Of a stretch of DNA of 64,000 nt, positions 54,784 to 64,000 are shown one piece after another. The position numbers were made by a program, and so were the translations under genes. The notes below the pieces were generated by a model that was not told the DNA's origin, ran no database searches, and saw only the letters and a program-made list of their open reading frames with translations. Source of the stretch: an uncultured virus (IMG/VR IMGVR_UViG_3300033808_000111) (lineage: Duplodnaviria; Heunggongvirae; Uroviricota; Caudoviricetes); the IMG/VR virus record IMGVR_UViG_3300033808_000111; one strand, written 5' to 3'. How positions within the stretch are numbered: position 1 is the stretch's first letter; each line of letters begins with the position of its first letter.

Positions 54784-54882
54784 AAGCTTCGTTGTACTTG
54801 GCTGGGCTTGCCTCGGCCAAGTTTGCCATCCCTCAATGGTACAGCGTTCAATGCTGATGGAAAGGGCCTGCGACATCCGCGT

Positions 54883-55194
54883 TCATCCTGGGGTGTGCGC
54901 TCCATTGCTACCCAAGAGCGAACCGCTCGCCTCTTCCCGATGTCCGCACCACGGACACGTCCCGGGCGGCGGGAACCGCCCCTCGAGGACCTCGTCCACC
55001 CCCACGCCCGCGAACCGCGCGACGCGGACCGCGAGCCCAGCGCTCGCGGCCTTCTTGCCAGTGGAGACGTGGCAGAGCGTGAGCGCCTTCGCGTGGAGCG
55101 CCTTGGCGAGGATCGCCCACGTCTGGGAGCGCGCATGGAGGAAGCGCAAGGCCGCGCGCACGTGCTCTTGCTGCTCGCTCGAGAGGTCACTCAT
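54883..55194 (-). CDS. XRE-like HTH protein with C-terminal CPxCG
   Basis: W..LAKAL..TL..V..G...S..LA.RVA.FAGV.VD..L. Confidence 0.75.
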   Translation of the reverse strand: MSDLSSEQQEHVRAALRFLHARSQTWAILAKALHAKALTLCHVSTGKKAASAGLAVRVARFAGVGVDEVLEGRFPPPGTCPWCGHREEASGSLLGSNGAHTPG

Positions 55195-55201
55195 GCTCTT
55201 C

Positions 55202-56473
55202 TTACGCAGCGCGCTCCGGGAGCACGAGCATGTCGCCGAAGTTCGCTTCGATCCCCAACTCATGCGTCGCTAGAACGATCATCGCAAGGTTGTGGCAGAC
55301 GACTTTGCACAGAAGCTCGTTGTATTGGGAGAGCGGCCGCTTCGCGCGCAAGTAGTGACCGAAGCGGTTCTTCATCGCTCCGAACGCCGACTCGACGTTG
55401 CTCCGATTGTGGTACTCGCGCATGTAAGCCTCGCGATCGGCCATGTACTTGTAGAAGAGGCGGCCGAGCACGGGGCTCGAGCTGCCGGTCGTGTTCTCCT
55501 TGAAGTCGATGTAGGCGTCGGCCCCGACGCTCTCGATGGCGTTGATGTTGACGGCGCTCAAGTACGCCGCATCGGCGGTAACCTTGCGCGGAATGAAGCC
55601 GGCTTCGATCGTTCGCTGGACGAGCACCGGGAGCATGGGCGAGTCGCCCACGGTGTTTTCGGTGACTTGAACGGCGGTGAAAGCATGCCACTTGGTGCCG
55701 ACGCACCCATGGACCTTGAGCCAGTGTGCCTTGCTGCTCTTCTCGACCGGACCCCACTTCACCTCGTTCCACGGAGCTGTGCGCGAAGTGGCGAAACACG
55801 TCGAGTCGATCGCGAAGTTCCGCTCGATGGCGCGGAGCGGCATCGCAGAGGCCCCGACGAGCTGCTGGAGCACGGGCGTCACCGTGTCGTCCCGCTGCAT
55901 TTCGCGGAGCAGCGTGTTGTAGTGCACGAGGTTTCGGTCGCCCCAAAGGCCCTTGCCTTTCTGGCGCTCCATGGCTTCGACGGTCTCGCGCGCCGTGCGC
56001 TCCTCGAACACCTTGATGAGCATGCCGTGCACGGCGTCGCGCGTCTCGACTTGTGGTCGACCGCGCGAGCGCGGCCCCTCGCGCATCGGGATCAGCGTCA
56101 CGAGGTCCGAGATGAGCGCCGGCATGATGCGCGGCATGTCCACGAGCGAGGCGTTCACCACAGGCCAGTTGCGTGGTGGGTAGACGCGGACTTCCTGCTC
56201 GATGGTGACCACGCCATCCGGTGTCTCGATCTCGCGGCTCACGATGAGCACCGCGTAGACGTGCTTGCAGTTGTGCAGCCGACCGGGGCCGCCGTGGTCG
56301 GCCCAATCGGGGCAGGTGCACGAACGTTCGACGGCGTCCACGACGTAGCCGCCGGAGTGAGACGCACTCGGCACGAGGTACTTGCTCCCGGCGATGAGCT
56401 TGATCGCCGAGGCCTTTGCTCGAACGAGGGCGGCTCCGCGCTGAAGCCGTGGATCGACGAACTTCGCTTCCAT
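55202..56473 (-). CDS. DDE transposase (IS5/IS4-like, DDE_Tnp_1) with N-terminal SWIM zinc finger
   Basis: CTCPD..CKH; FAIDST; WLKVH; TADAAY; YH.RSNVES.F...K; RBS GGGAGG. Confidence 0.9.
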   Translation of the reverse strand: MEAKFVDPRLQRGAALVRAKASAIKLIAGSKYLVPSASHSGGYVVDAVERSCTCPDWADHGGPGRLHNCKHVYAVLIVSREIETPDGVVTIEQEVRVYPPRNWPVVNASLVDMPRIMPALISDLVTLIPMREGPRSRGRPQVETRDAVHGMLIKVFEERTARETVEAMERQKGKGLWGDRNLVHYNTLLREMQRDDTVTPVLQQLVGASAMPLRAIERNFAIDSTCFATSRTAPWNEVKWGPVEKSSKAHWLKVHGCVGTKWHAFTAVQVTENTVGDSPMLPVLVQRTIEAGFIPRKVTADAAYLSAVNINAIESVGADAYIDFKENTTGSSSPVLGRLFYKYMADREAYMREYHNRSNVESAFGAMKNRFGHYLRAKRPLSQYNELLCKVVCHNLAMIVLATHELGIEANFGDMLVLPERAA

Positions 56474-56553
56474 CCTCCCGAATGTGTACACGTTTGGCAG
56501 CCAGCGCAAGGACAGCATTGACCGATCTTCCCAAAGGTGCGACGAATGGGAAC

Positions 56554-56796
56554 GTGGCGAAGGGAAAGGGGAAATCGGCATCGAAAGAGGTGAAACACCG
56601 AAAGCCCATCCAGAAGAGCGAGGACCTGCACTTCCGCGTGACGGCTGGGCAGAAGGCAGCCATGGAGAGGGGCGCGGCGCGCGTGGGGCTCACGGTCTCG
56701 AGCTGGATCATCACGACCATGATCCACGCGCTCAGCGAGCAGGGCATCGAGGTCGAGGAACCGGACGAAGAACAGCGCGGCGCGAAGAAAAAATGA
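56554..56796 (+). CDS. ribbon-helix-helix (DUF1778-like) protein divergent from transposase
   Basis: KSEDLHFRVTAGQKAAMERGAARVGLTVSSW. Confidence 0.7.
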   Translation: MAKGKGKSASKEVKHRKPIQKSEDLHFRVTAGQKAAMERGAARVGLTVSSWIITTMIHALSEQGIEVEEPDEEQRGAKKK

Positions 56797-56983
56797 GCTG
56801 ACCAACCAGGCGACATGGAACGACTTTTTGTCCATCGGCATCTCGGCACGCGAAAGAGTGCTCGTGCCGGCGACGTCGCGTGATATCGTCCAGTTGCTCG
56901 ACAACTCGGAGAGCAGCTGGGCGATTCGTCATCCGGCACGACGCCTTCACCGCTGAACACGGTGGAGGCGTTGTTCTATGGGC

Positions 56984-57904
56984 TCAATGAATCGGCGGTT
57001 CGGCCCTCCCTTCCACGAGCGCGTAGTGCGGTCCCCGCTCGGAGGCGCCCACGTGCGTCACGAAGCCTTTCTGGATGAGCTGATTGATGGCCTGCGACAC
57101 GCACCCGTCATCGATACGGCCCAGCTCGCGAGCGACGAACGCAACGCCGACTCTGTCGCCGATGCCGCTCTTGTCGAGCGCCTTGCCGTCGCCGAGCGCG
57201 ATCACGACGGCGTTCATCACGGCGTCGAACGAAGGAGTTGGCCAAGCTTTGATTGGCGCCCAGAGCCAATGCCTTCGGCGGCCGCGGCGCGAGATCCGGT
57301 GGTGGCCCCAGAGGGTCGCGAGAGCGGTGAGAGCCTCGACGTTGGTGAACCCGAGCGCGCTCGCGACCTCCTCGAACTTCACGCCCTCGGGTCTCGAGAG
57401 GACGAACTGAAGGACCAACTCGAGCGTGGTTGTTGGCTTCGTACCGATGACGGGCGTTTTCGGCTCCGAGAAAGACGTCGGTGCCTCAGCTTTGGGCTCA
57501 CATTCTTCGGCTTTCGTGGGCGCTCGCGGCTCTTGCGGAGGAGCAGGCGGAGGCGTGAACGCGAGGCGGGCTTGAGCACTCAAAAGCTGCGTGTACGCGT
57601 GACTTCTGACCTGAGCTTCTTTTGACGGGCTGAACTCGGGAGCACGAGCAACCGAGGCGCGCTGCATGATCTCATCGACGACTGCGTCCCACATGACGCC
57701 GCGTTCGGCCGCGGCTGCCGGCGTGACCGTCATCTCGAGTAGCTCGAATCCGAGGGCCATCGCGGCGCGAAAAGCATCGGCTCGCGTCATCTCGTTGCCA
57801 GGTCGAGCGAAACTGTTAGCGATGCGTTGAGCCCGCTCAATCCAGGCTTTGTCGACGCGGACAGCGACCTGTTCAGTCTCAGACCGGATGTGGCGCTTCC
57901 TCAT
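56984..57904 (-). CDS. RHH N-terminus plus probable winged-HTH domains
   Basis: TEQVAVRVDKAWIERA..TRADAFRAAM; VSQAINQLIQKGFV. Confidence 0.65.
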   Translation of the reverse strand: MRKRHIRSETEQVAVRVDKAWIERAQRIANSFARPGNEMTRADAFRAAMALGFELLEMTVTPAAAAERGVMWDAVVDEIMQRASVARAPEFSPSKEAQVRSHAYTQLLSAQARLAFTPPPAPPQEPRAPTKAEECEPKAEAPTSFSEPKTPVIGTKPTTTLELVLQFVLSRPEGVKFEEVASALGFTNVEALTALATLWGHHRISRRGRRRHWLWAPIKAWPTPSFDAVMNAVVIALGDGKALDKSGIGDRVGVAFVARELGRIDDGCVSQAINQLIQKGFVTHVGASERGPHYALVEGRAEPPIH

Positions 57905-58348
57905 CGGAAGCTCCGAGACGGAATCTGGGACTGAGGTCTTGGTTCTGGATCGGTGGCTGACGGCGGCGCTGCTCCTCGCGGTCGGCGAGAGCGCGGAGAG
58001 CGTCGACGCGACGTAACACGCTGAGCGCGCAGCACACGCAGACTCGGAGAGCGCCGACGAAGGCGCCATGATGCGACCTCGCGGCCGTCGGCGTCCGTCA
58101 TCAACGTGAAGCACCGCCACGTGTGGAGGCGAGGTTTGTCTTCACCGGACGGATTCACGTGATGGACAACACCATCCATCTCTTCGCCGAGCAAACACTT
58201 TTCTTGCCTCTAAAATGATTCGGCGCGGATCTGTCACGAATAATCGCGCGCTGCTGCCCTAGAAATGCCGCGGCTGTCACCACAATCCGCGCTGTTGGAC
58301 CATTTGTGAGGCACACTCAGGCACACTCGGATCGCGGTATACAGTGAC

Positions 58349-58377
58349 TTGCACTGGTATGCATATGCATGTATGGT
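58349..58377 (+). promoter_or_regulatory. sigma70-type promoter TTGCAC-17-TATGGT with palindromic spacer ATGCATATGCAT
   Basis: exact 17-nt spacing at start of a + operon. Confidence 0.65.
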
Positions 58378-58391
58378 GATGACGTGAGAAC

Positions 58392-58571
58392 GTGAGAACC
58401 ACGGCGAAGCAGCGGGAGGATCTCCTCACGTGGTGGTGCGGCGTGCCCGTGGACCGCTACGAGCTGGTCCTCGAAGACTTCAACGCGCTCCTCGACGAGC
58501 GCGACCAGCTGGTCGAGGAGAACAAGCGCCTCCGCGAAGAGATCGAGCGCCTAGCCAAGCACATCCCCTGA
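58392..58571 (+). CDS. small coiled-coil protein (59 aa, not in ORF track)
   Basis: MRTTAKQREDLL..ENKRLREEIERL; TGATG coupling. Confidence 0.6.
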   Translation: MRTTAKQREDLLTWWCGVPVDRYELVLEDFNALLDERDQLVEENKRLREEIERLAKHIP

Positions 58572-58939
58572 TGAAGTACGACCGCACTGAGCCCTGCAAG
58601 TCTTGCCCGTACCGGCGCGACGCTCCCCGCAAGCTCTGGGCTCCGGCCGAGTTCATCAACCTCTTGCGGCAGGAAGCCGACCCGATCTACGGCTCGACGT
58701 TCGGATGCCACGAGGGCCGCAAGCTCCCGAGCGACCACGCCGACCAGCGCATGTGCGTCGGTTGGCTCGTGCACCAGAAACGGAGGAACACTCCGTCCAT
58801 CATGCTGAGGATGCGGCTCATGAAGGACGCCGATCTCGACGCGCTCTACGCGCGCATCGACGAGCGCCAGAAGGGGCTCTTTCGCACGATCGAATCGATG
58901 TGCCGCGCGAACGGCGTCGATCCTCGTCGACTCGAGTGA
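58571..58939 (+). CDS. DUF6283-like Cys-rich protein
   Basis: PCKSCPYRRD...W...EF..L..F.CH..C.GWL. Confidence 0.65.
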   Translation: MKYDRTEPCKSCPYRRDAPRKLWAPAEFINLLRQEADPIYGSTFGCHEGRKLPSDHADQRMCVGWLVHQKRRNTPSIMLRMRLMKDADLDALYARIDERQKGLFRTIESMCRANGVDPRRLE

Positions 58940-59079
58940 GTAGGCACACCCGCAAGTCCTCGAAGTCCTCGAAGTCCTCGACCGTCTTGACATTCACTGG
59001 GATGCGTCTGTACGGTGGAGGACGAAAGGTCGGACGCGCGGCGAGTAGGTGCGCTCACGCGTTCGAACGGTGAACGATC

Positions 59080-59703
59080 ATGCTCATCCAAGCCGGAGTC
59101 CCACTCCGAGATCAGCTTCCCCCAAAGCCGGGAGTCGAGCCCAAGAAGGTTTCTGCTGCACTCGTAGAAGCCATGCGCACCGAGATGGTCGCCATGATGG
59201 AGGGCGACTTGAGCGACCCCCAGGCGCTCGCGCAGATCGCCGCGGTCGCGCACAAGGCCCGCGATCTTTTCGCCGTCATCAGCGGGCAGCCGGCAGGTCA
59301 CCCGGCGATGAACGCCGGGAACACCGCGTACGGCGGCTCGGCCGCTTTCATCGGCGGCTCCGTTTACCCGAACACCGAGCAGTTCGGGGCGAAGGCTATC
59401 CGCGAGCTTGTGGGCCTCTTGCCCGAGGTGCTCGCGATGAGCAAGAAGGAGTCGCCGGCCGAGATCGCCGAGGCGATGAGGATCGCCAAAGAAGACGGCG
59501 ACGAGGAGCTGCACAAGGCGCTCCGCGACAAGCTCATGGGCAAAAAGCCCGCAGGGATCGTCGAAGCGACGGCCGAGGTCATCACCACCAAAGCCGAGCT
59601 TCTTCACTGTACTCACGAGAGCCACGAAGATCATGAAGAGCATGAGGCCTCGAACGGCGTGAACGGCGTTGCCGCTCTACTCGCCGCAGAGGTTACGCCA
59701 TGA
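59080..59703 (+). CDS. hypothetical protein
   Basis: helical; ATGA overlap. Confidence 0.65.
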   Translation: MLIQAGVPLRDQLPPKPGVEPKKVSAALVEAMRTEMVAMMEGDLSDPQALAQIAAVAHKARDLFAVISGQPAGHPAMNAGNTAYGGSAAFIGGSVYPNTEQFGAKAIRELVGLLPEVLAMSKKESPAEIAEAMRIAKEDGDEELHKALRDKLMGKKPAGIVEATAEVITTKAELLHCTHESHEDHEEHEASNGVNGVAALLAAEVTP

Positions 59704-60773
59704 GGGCCTGGTACATCCCGGCCTGGAATGGCGACTGGCGCATCGAGCCCGACAAAGATGACAAGGCGTCGGTCCTCACCATCGAGAAGCCCACGGCGAG
59801 CGAGCGCGCGATGCTCAAGAAGCTAGCGACGGCGTTCCTGAGCAAGAGATGGATCGATGACGGCCGCGCGGAGAAGATGCGCGACCCGTCCGGCTGGAGG
59901 AAGACCTCAGTGGTGCTCGACGCGTCGCTCGTGGAGGTCGGGCCGCACGTCGCGTCGATCATCAAGCCCGGCCAGAACGTCATCACGGCCGTGCGCTTCA
60001 AAGACGGGCGCATCGAGGTCTCCGAGACGTCGCGCGTCGCGACCGAGGAGGAAGAAGCCGCGGAGAGCAGCGGGCATCCATACAGGCCGGAGCCGAAGAA
60101 AGACGAGCCCGTGGCCGCCGCGCCTGCTGCGACCGCGGCGAGCGCGCCGCCGCCCCAGCCGAAAGCCGCCGACAAGCCGACCGAGGAGAGTAAGGCGCTC
60201 GCGAAAAAAGAGGGCGCGGAGGCCGCGGCGACGGTCAAAAGAGCGACGCCGTGCTGCCCAAGTTGCTACCGATCTGAAGAGGTGAACAAGCCGGCCACTG
60301 AAGTCCTCCTTTCGTTCCTCGATGAAGAGCAGCACGCAGAGTGGGCCGCGCATCGCTTTTTCCGGTTCCGCGGCGGCATGTCGGATCACGAGTACCTCGT
60401 GGCCCACCGCAACAGCGCCATCGCGGAGCGCAACTCGCGCGTCGCCTACGACCTCGACGACGACGCGGTGCTTCACTGCCATGACTGGCTCGTCCCACCC
60501 GAAGAAGAAGTGCTCGGGATCTATCTCATCTTGCGGTTCCGCGAGCACTGGCTCCGGAACGAGGCGACGACGTTTTTCCCCACCGACGTTCGGTTCAAGA
60601 ACCCGTTCGGCGACGGCATGGACGGCGTCAGGGACTCGTGGTTCACGGCGAACGTCGGAAAGTTCCTGCTCGAAGTCCTCGAACCGTCCGCTTTCCCGTC
60701 TTTGCCCAAGACCACCGTCTTCAATCCGCAGACGGGCGCGATGGAGCTGATCGACACCGCGGCCATCATCTAG
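59700..60773 (+). CDS. hypothetical protein (CCPSC; HCHD..PPEEE motifs)
   Basis: long ORF with GC3 bias; RBS GAGG. Confidence 0.75.
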   Translation: MRAWYIPAWNGDWRIEPDKDDKASVLTIEKPTASERAMLKKLATAFLSKRWIDDGRAEKMRDPSGWRKTSVVLDASLVEVGPHVASIIKPGQNVITAVRFKDGRIEVSETSRVATEEEEAAESSGHPYRPEPKKDEPVAAAPAATAASAPPPQPKAADKPTEESKALAKKEGAEAAATVKRATPCCPSCYRSEEVNKPATEVLLSFLDEEQHAEWAAHRFFRFRGGMSDHEYLVAHRNSAIAERNSRVAYDLDDDAVLHCHDWLVPPEEEVLGIYLILRFREHWLRNEATTFFPTDVRFKNPFGDGMDGVRDSWFTANVGKFLLEVLEPSAFPSLPKTTVFNPQTGAMELIDTAAII

Positions 60774-60786
60774 CGAAAGACGAGCG

Positions 60787-61020
60787 ATGGACTCGAGCGG
60801 CAAGTTCTACCGAGACGAGAGCAAGATGGCTGGCGCGGAGCGTGATCGCGCCGTCTCGAGACTCAAGACGATTTACGCGACTGCGAAGGAATCGTCGTGT
60901 TCGAGAAAACGCTGTTCGAACGCCGAGCACATCCTCGCGCGCAAGATTCTCGAGATCTTCGAAGAAGGAGAGCGTTACGATCGCGAGCACCCTGTCCGCG
61001 TTGGAGACGGTTACACATGA
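60787..61020 (+). CDS. hypothetical protein
   Basis: coupled gene. Confidence 0.55.
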   Translation: MDSSGKFYRDESKMAGAERDRAVSRLKTIYATAKESSCSRKRCSNAEHILARKILEIFEEGERYDREHPVRVGDGYT

Positions 61021-61280
61021 AAGACGAAAAGGACGTCGCGCAGGAGAAGCTAGCCGCGCTCTCGTTTCCGCTTGGCCGCTACCAGCACTACAAGGGACCG
61101 TTCTATTTCGTCTTCGCCGTCTCGATTGACGAGGAGTCGCTCGAGCCGCTCGTCCATTACGAGTCTCTCGTGCACGGGACGTTCTGGACGCGCAGGCTCT
61201 CGAACTTCACCGAGTCGGTCAGGCTCCCATCGGGCGAGACGAGTTCTCGGTTCGTGTGGATCGGCAAGGAGCGGTCATGA
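61017..61280 (+). CDS. DUF1653 family protein
   Basis: GRYQHYKG..Y.V......ES.E.LV.Y..L....W.R....F..RF. Confidence 0.85.
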   Translation: MKDEKDVAQEKLAALSFPLGRYQHYKGPFYFVFAVSIDEESLEPLVHYESLVHGTFWTRRLSNFTESVRLPSGETSSRFVWIGKERS

Positions 61281-61747
61281 AGAACATCTTTCGAACGATC
61301 ACGACGATATTTCAGAACATTTTCGGTTGGTTCAGGGCTTTCGTGTGTGGCAGCGAAGAAACGCAGCCACGAAGATCAGAAGAGCCAGGTCCCACGGAGC
61401 AAATCAGCGAGCCTTCACCACCATCGCCGCGCTCAGATCATCCATACCGCGAGCCACCAGCCTCGGTTGCCGAGGACGATGGAGATGGGGTCATCGGAGC
61501 CGAGCTGGTCTCTATCACGGGCGACGAGAAGCTCCCCGAGAGCTTCATGAACACGTGCAAGGACAAGAGCAAACGCAGAGCCATTCGGTACTTCAAAGGA
61601 AAGGAGGTCAAGCATCGGGTGACGTACAAGAGCAAGGACGAGATCGAGCTGGAGTTCAACCGCGAGGGTGATCCGGGCAAGATCGCGGGCAAGTCTGTGC
61701 GCATCCGGTGGAAAAAGACAACTACTGGTCTTGTAGTAGACGCATGA
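61277..61747 (+). CDS. hypothetical protein
   Basis: ATGA overlaps; HPYR motif. Confidence 0.6.
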   Translation: MKNIFRTITTIFQNIFGWFRAFVCGSEETQPRRSEEPGPTEQISEPSPPSPRSDHPYREPPASVAEDDGDGVIGAELVSITGDEKLPESFMNTCKDKSKRRAIRYFKGKEVKHRVTYKSKDEIELEFNREGDPGKIAGKSVRIRWKKTTTGLVVDA

Positions 61748-62040
61748 CGGCGGAAGTAAGCGAGCCGATATGGCTCAAGGTTCGAGAGGACCGAACCCAG
61801 CGCGTGACCCCGCTGGCAAATCCTGGCGCACTAGGAGAGCACGTCCCACTCATGTTGGGGACGGGCTTCGAGTGGATGGCTCCGGCGAGTGGTAGATCGC
61901 CTCCCGAGAGGGAAGACAAGCCATTGCACCAAGTGTACTTGGAAGAAGTGCAGTGCCGACAAGCAGGCAGAATGTCCGAGAGGACGAAGGTCTGGAAATT
62001 GTGGAAGTTGGGGCCGGGGCAAGAGAGGTCCCGGCCCCCT

Positions 62041-62799
62041 TCACGAGAGGCAATGAGCGCCGGTGTTGTGGTTCCAGCAGAGGACTCGGAAACCCTCGGG
62101 AAAGCCGCTCGCCAACAGCCACTTGTATATCGAGATTCCGCTGACTGTGCCCAGCGATTTACGATGGGCGCAGCCCCCTCCGCCGATGTGATCGATAGTG
62201 AGCACTCGAACGTCCGTGATATCGCACATGGCGCATTTGATGGGTCCGTTGGCGTAATGGGTCAACACTTCGCGCCGGATCTCCCGGTGTCGCTGGGCGT
62301 GGCGCGAGATGCCGATGGGTGCAGCTTCGAGTCGTTTCAAGAAGTTGCAGTTGTGACAAAGCACCTGAAAGATCGAGGGCCATCCGTTGTTTCGGGCCCA
62401 GAGAGCTGTCACCCTCATACCCGTCATGCGACGATGGTCGGCGCCATCGTCCCTCTTGTGATCCAATGCGAGAAAGGTGATGTCAGTGACTCCGCAGCGG
62501 GCACATTTAGGCTCTCCTTCGGAATAGTGACGCAAGGCTTCGAGTTTGATCGCAAGTCGCGATCTCAATCCGGACTGTTTGACCTGCTCAGGGTGTTCTC
62601 GCACATAGCGGGCCGCTGCTGCGATTGCCGGAAGGGGGTTTGCCCGATACGCTGCTCGACGGTCTCGATTCACGCGAGTCTTGTTGGTCGCGTAGTAGCG
62701 GGAAGCTCTCGCCTGATTACAGGCCTTACACCGTTTTCTCGATCCATCGACGTACCATTGACCCTCGCTCAAGGGGCCATGCGTTATGCAGGCAAACAT
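62041..62799 (-). CDS. HNH-like endonuclease with two tandem His-Me finger domains
   Basis: CARCG..LALDH..QVLCHNCN and CAMC..LTIDHI..RVLCWNHN; N-terminal C..HG..RCKAC. Confidence 0.82.
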   Translation of the reverse strand: MFACITHGPLSEGQWYVDGSRKRCKACNQARASRYYATNKTRVNRDRRAAYRANPLPAIAAAARYVREHPEQVKQSGLRSRLAIKLEALRHYSEGEPKCARCGVTDITFLALDHKRDDGADHRRMTGMRVTALWARNNGWPSIFQVLCHNCNFLKRLEAAPIGISRHAQRHREIRREVLTHYANGPIKCAMCDITDVRVLTIDHIGGGGCAHRKSLGTVSGISIYKWLLASGFPEGFRVLCWNHNTGAHCLS

Positions 62800-62816
62800 G
62801 CTCTTGGGGGCGTAGC

Positions 62817-63929
62817 ATGAGTTGGCTGAGGGATCATTTTTTCCACTTCGTGTTCCCAGCGTTCGTCGCGGCCGAGAAGAAGTCGACCGAGATCGGGGAG
62901 CCGTTTCACATCATGGTCAGCAAACACGCGCCCGAGAGGCTGCCGACCGAATTGCAGAAGCTCTGGACGCTCTGCGCCGAGCACGGCGTCCCGTGGTCGT
63001 ACGACGTCCGGATGCTCAACACGCACGGCGGGATGTCGAAGTTCAGAAAGACCGCGCGCATCCATAACCAAATCTTGCGCGAGACCGCGACCGCCGCGGC
63101 GTCGGTCATGAGGCGCGAGGGCTGCTCGAGGCTGCTCTTGCCGGGTCGCGACATCTACATGCTCGTGCCCATCCTCGCGCACCGGCGCGTGCCGTTCCTG
63201 TTCGTGCCGGAGCTGTCGCGCCCGAACTCGACCGCGCCGGCGATGCGCGGGTTCCTCGAGCACCTCGGCGTCACGGGCGCCGAGCTTGTCGTCGACACGG
63301 GGTTCGTGGGCTCGATCCCCGCGAACATGAACAAGCTCTTCCCCGGCCGCGACTTCAAGTTCCGCCTCATGAGCGAGCAGGACAAGGGCGATCCCCGTGA
63401 CCGTTTTTACTCGAGGCCGCACCAGTTTTTCCCGAACCGCAAGGGCGCGCGCGCCGAGGCGGTCGAGAGCGAGTACCTGAGCAAATACTGGAAGAGCGGC
63501 ACGACCGACGAGTCCGGGGCTATCGTGCAGTACCTCGCTGACAAGCGAAGCATCCAGCGCGCGGCGCTCCTCACGTCGATGCTCTTCCGCGGCATCCCGT
63601 ACTGGAAGGTGCAACCGTCCAAGGAAAAGCAGGCAGCTATTTTCCAGAACAGTGGCACTGGGTGGGTGCCCTTGCAGGGTATGCAAGGTGTTTTCAATCC
63701 CACTGCGCAGACCATAGTCTACGGGTCGACGGCATCCGTTCTTGTTGGCACGCCGCTTACGGCGCAGACGCTGGCTGCTCATCAAGCGCTGGTTGCTCAG
63801 CAGGCGGCCTCTCAGTCTCAGGTCGTGGGGTTACAGGCGGCTCCGTCGATCCATGCGACCCCTCCTGCTCCCGCACCAGTAGCTCAAGCTCCAGTTTCTA
63901 CTATTCTCGTGCCTGCGGGGGTGGTGTAG
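62817..63929 (+). CDS. hypothetical protein (PGRD..VDTGF.GSI motifs) with low-complexity tail
   Basis: ATGA overlap; GC3 bias. Confidence 0.7.
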   Translation: MSWLRDHFFHFVFPAFVAAEKKSTEIGEPFHIMVSKHAPERLPTELQKLWTLCAEHGVPWSYDVRMLNTHGGMSKFRKTARIHNQILRETATAAASVMRREGCSRLLLPGRDIYMLVPILAHRRVPFLFVPELSRPNSTAPAMRGFLEHLGVTGAELVVDTGFVGSIPANMNKLFPGRDFKFRLMSEQDKGDPRDRFYSRPHQFFPNRKGARAEAVESEYLSKYWKSGTTDESGAIVQYLADKRSIQRAALLTSMLFRGIPYWKVQPSKEKQAAIFQNSGTGWVPLQGMQGVFNPTAQTIVYGSTASVLVGTPLTAQTLAAHQALVAQQAASQSQVVGLQAAPSIHATPPAPAPVAQAPVSTILVPAGVV

Positions 63930-63957
63930 CTCATGGGATTCAGCACGTGCCACTCTA

Positions 63958-63984
63958 GCGAGCGAAGCGAGCGAAGCGAGCGAG
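63958..63984 (+). repeat. GCGAGCGAA 9-bp tandem, in frame in an ORF starting 63933
   Basis: same GAGCGAAGCGAG core as repeat family A. Confidence 0.7.
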
Positions 63985-64000
63985 TCGCCAAGGATTCTCG

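Larger units (their letters stand above)
53654..58286. mobile_element. putative transposon/island carrying SWIM-DDE transposase, regulators and cargo; boundaries approximate
   Basis: strand switch, AT-richer flanks, GTCACGAATAA at 53708 and 58233, CTGTCACCA at 53654 and 58274. Confidence 0.55.

Noticed and set aside
55260..56960. 566-aa minus ORF and 409-aa plus ORF (55292-56521) over the transposase
   Set aside because: Alternative-frame shadows; DDE/SWIM motifs lie in 55202-56473.
58954..58981. AAGTCCTCG x3 and other micro-tandems (9502, 15077, 41886, 58309)
   Set aside because: Simple slippage duplications with no further supporting signal.
1..64000. Firm phage or host assignment; rRNA/tRNA genes
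   Set aside because: No structural, terminase or replicase genes and no RNA genes recognised. Phage origin rests on gene organisation, and the host cannot be determined without a database search.

Overview
GC-rich, gene-dense region of mostly short, co-oriented (+) genes chained by ATGA/TGATG stop-start overlaps. This layout points to the accessory region of a large phage, prophage or phage-plasmid (inference: no capsid, terminase or replicase gene is visible here). Recognisable genes: SNF2-type helicase (5'-truncated), MazG-like protein, DUF1906 glycoside hydrolase, S53 peptidase, Ku, DHFR, NUDIX, GHKL-ATPase/HExxH protein, HAD, metallophosphoesterase, YkgJ-like, CmpB-like membrane protein, DUF1653, a double-HNH nuclease, and a ~4.6 kb island with a SWIM-DDE transposase. 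Most other genes are unannotated but strongly patterned. (i) About 28 paralogs carry a ~100-aa domain starting 'RAxVLxDxxx[ED]xG[FY]', alone or fused to swappable C-terminal domains. (ii) Five unrelated proteins share an N-terminal decapeptide MAR[PR]EHL[HLQ]PY encoded by synonymously diverged codons. (iii) Five unrelated proteins share a CxxHxDCxxHPx5C motif. (iv) Six paralogs end in '[ED]TP[SV]x[YFW]'. (v) At least five families of small hairpin-rich repeats occur; one sits at GTCATGA stop/start junctions and encodes a mini-ORF that keeps translational coupling intact. The best candidate for a new system is a tag/carrier-based protein-sorting or effector-delivery repertoire, which remains inference. 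All alignments were done by eye.
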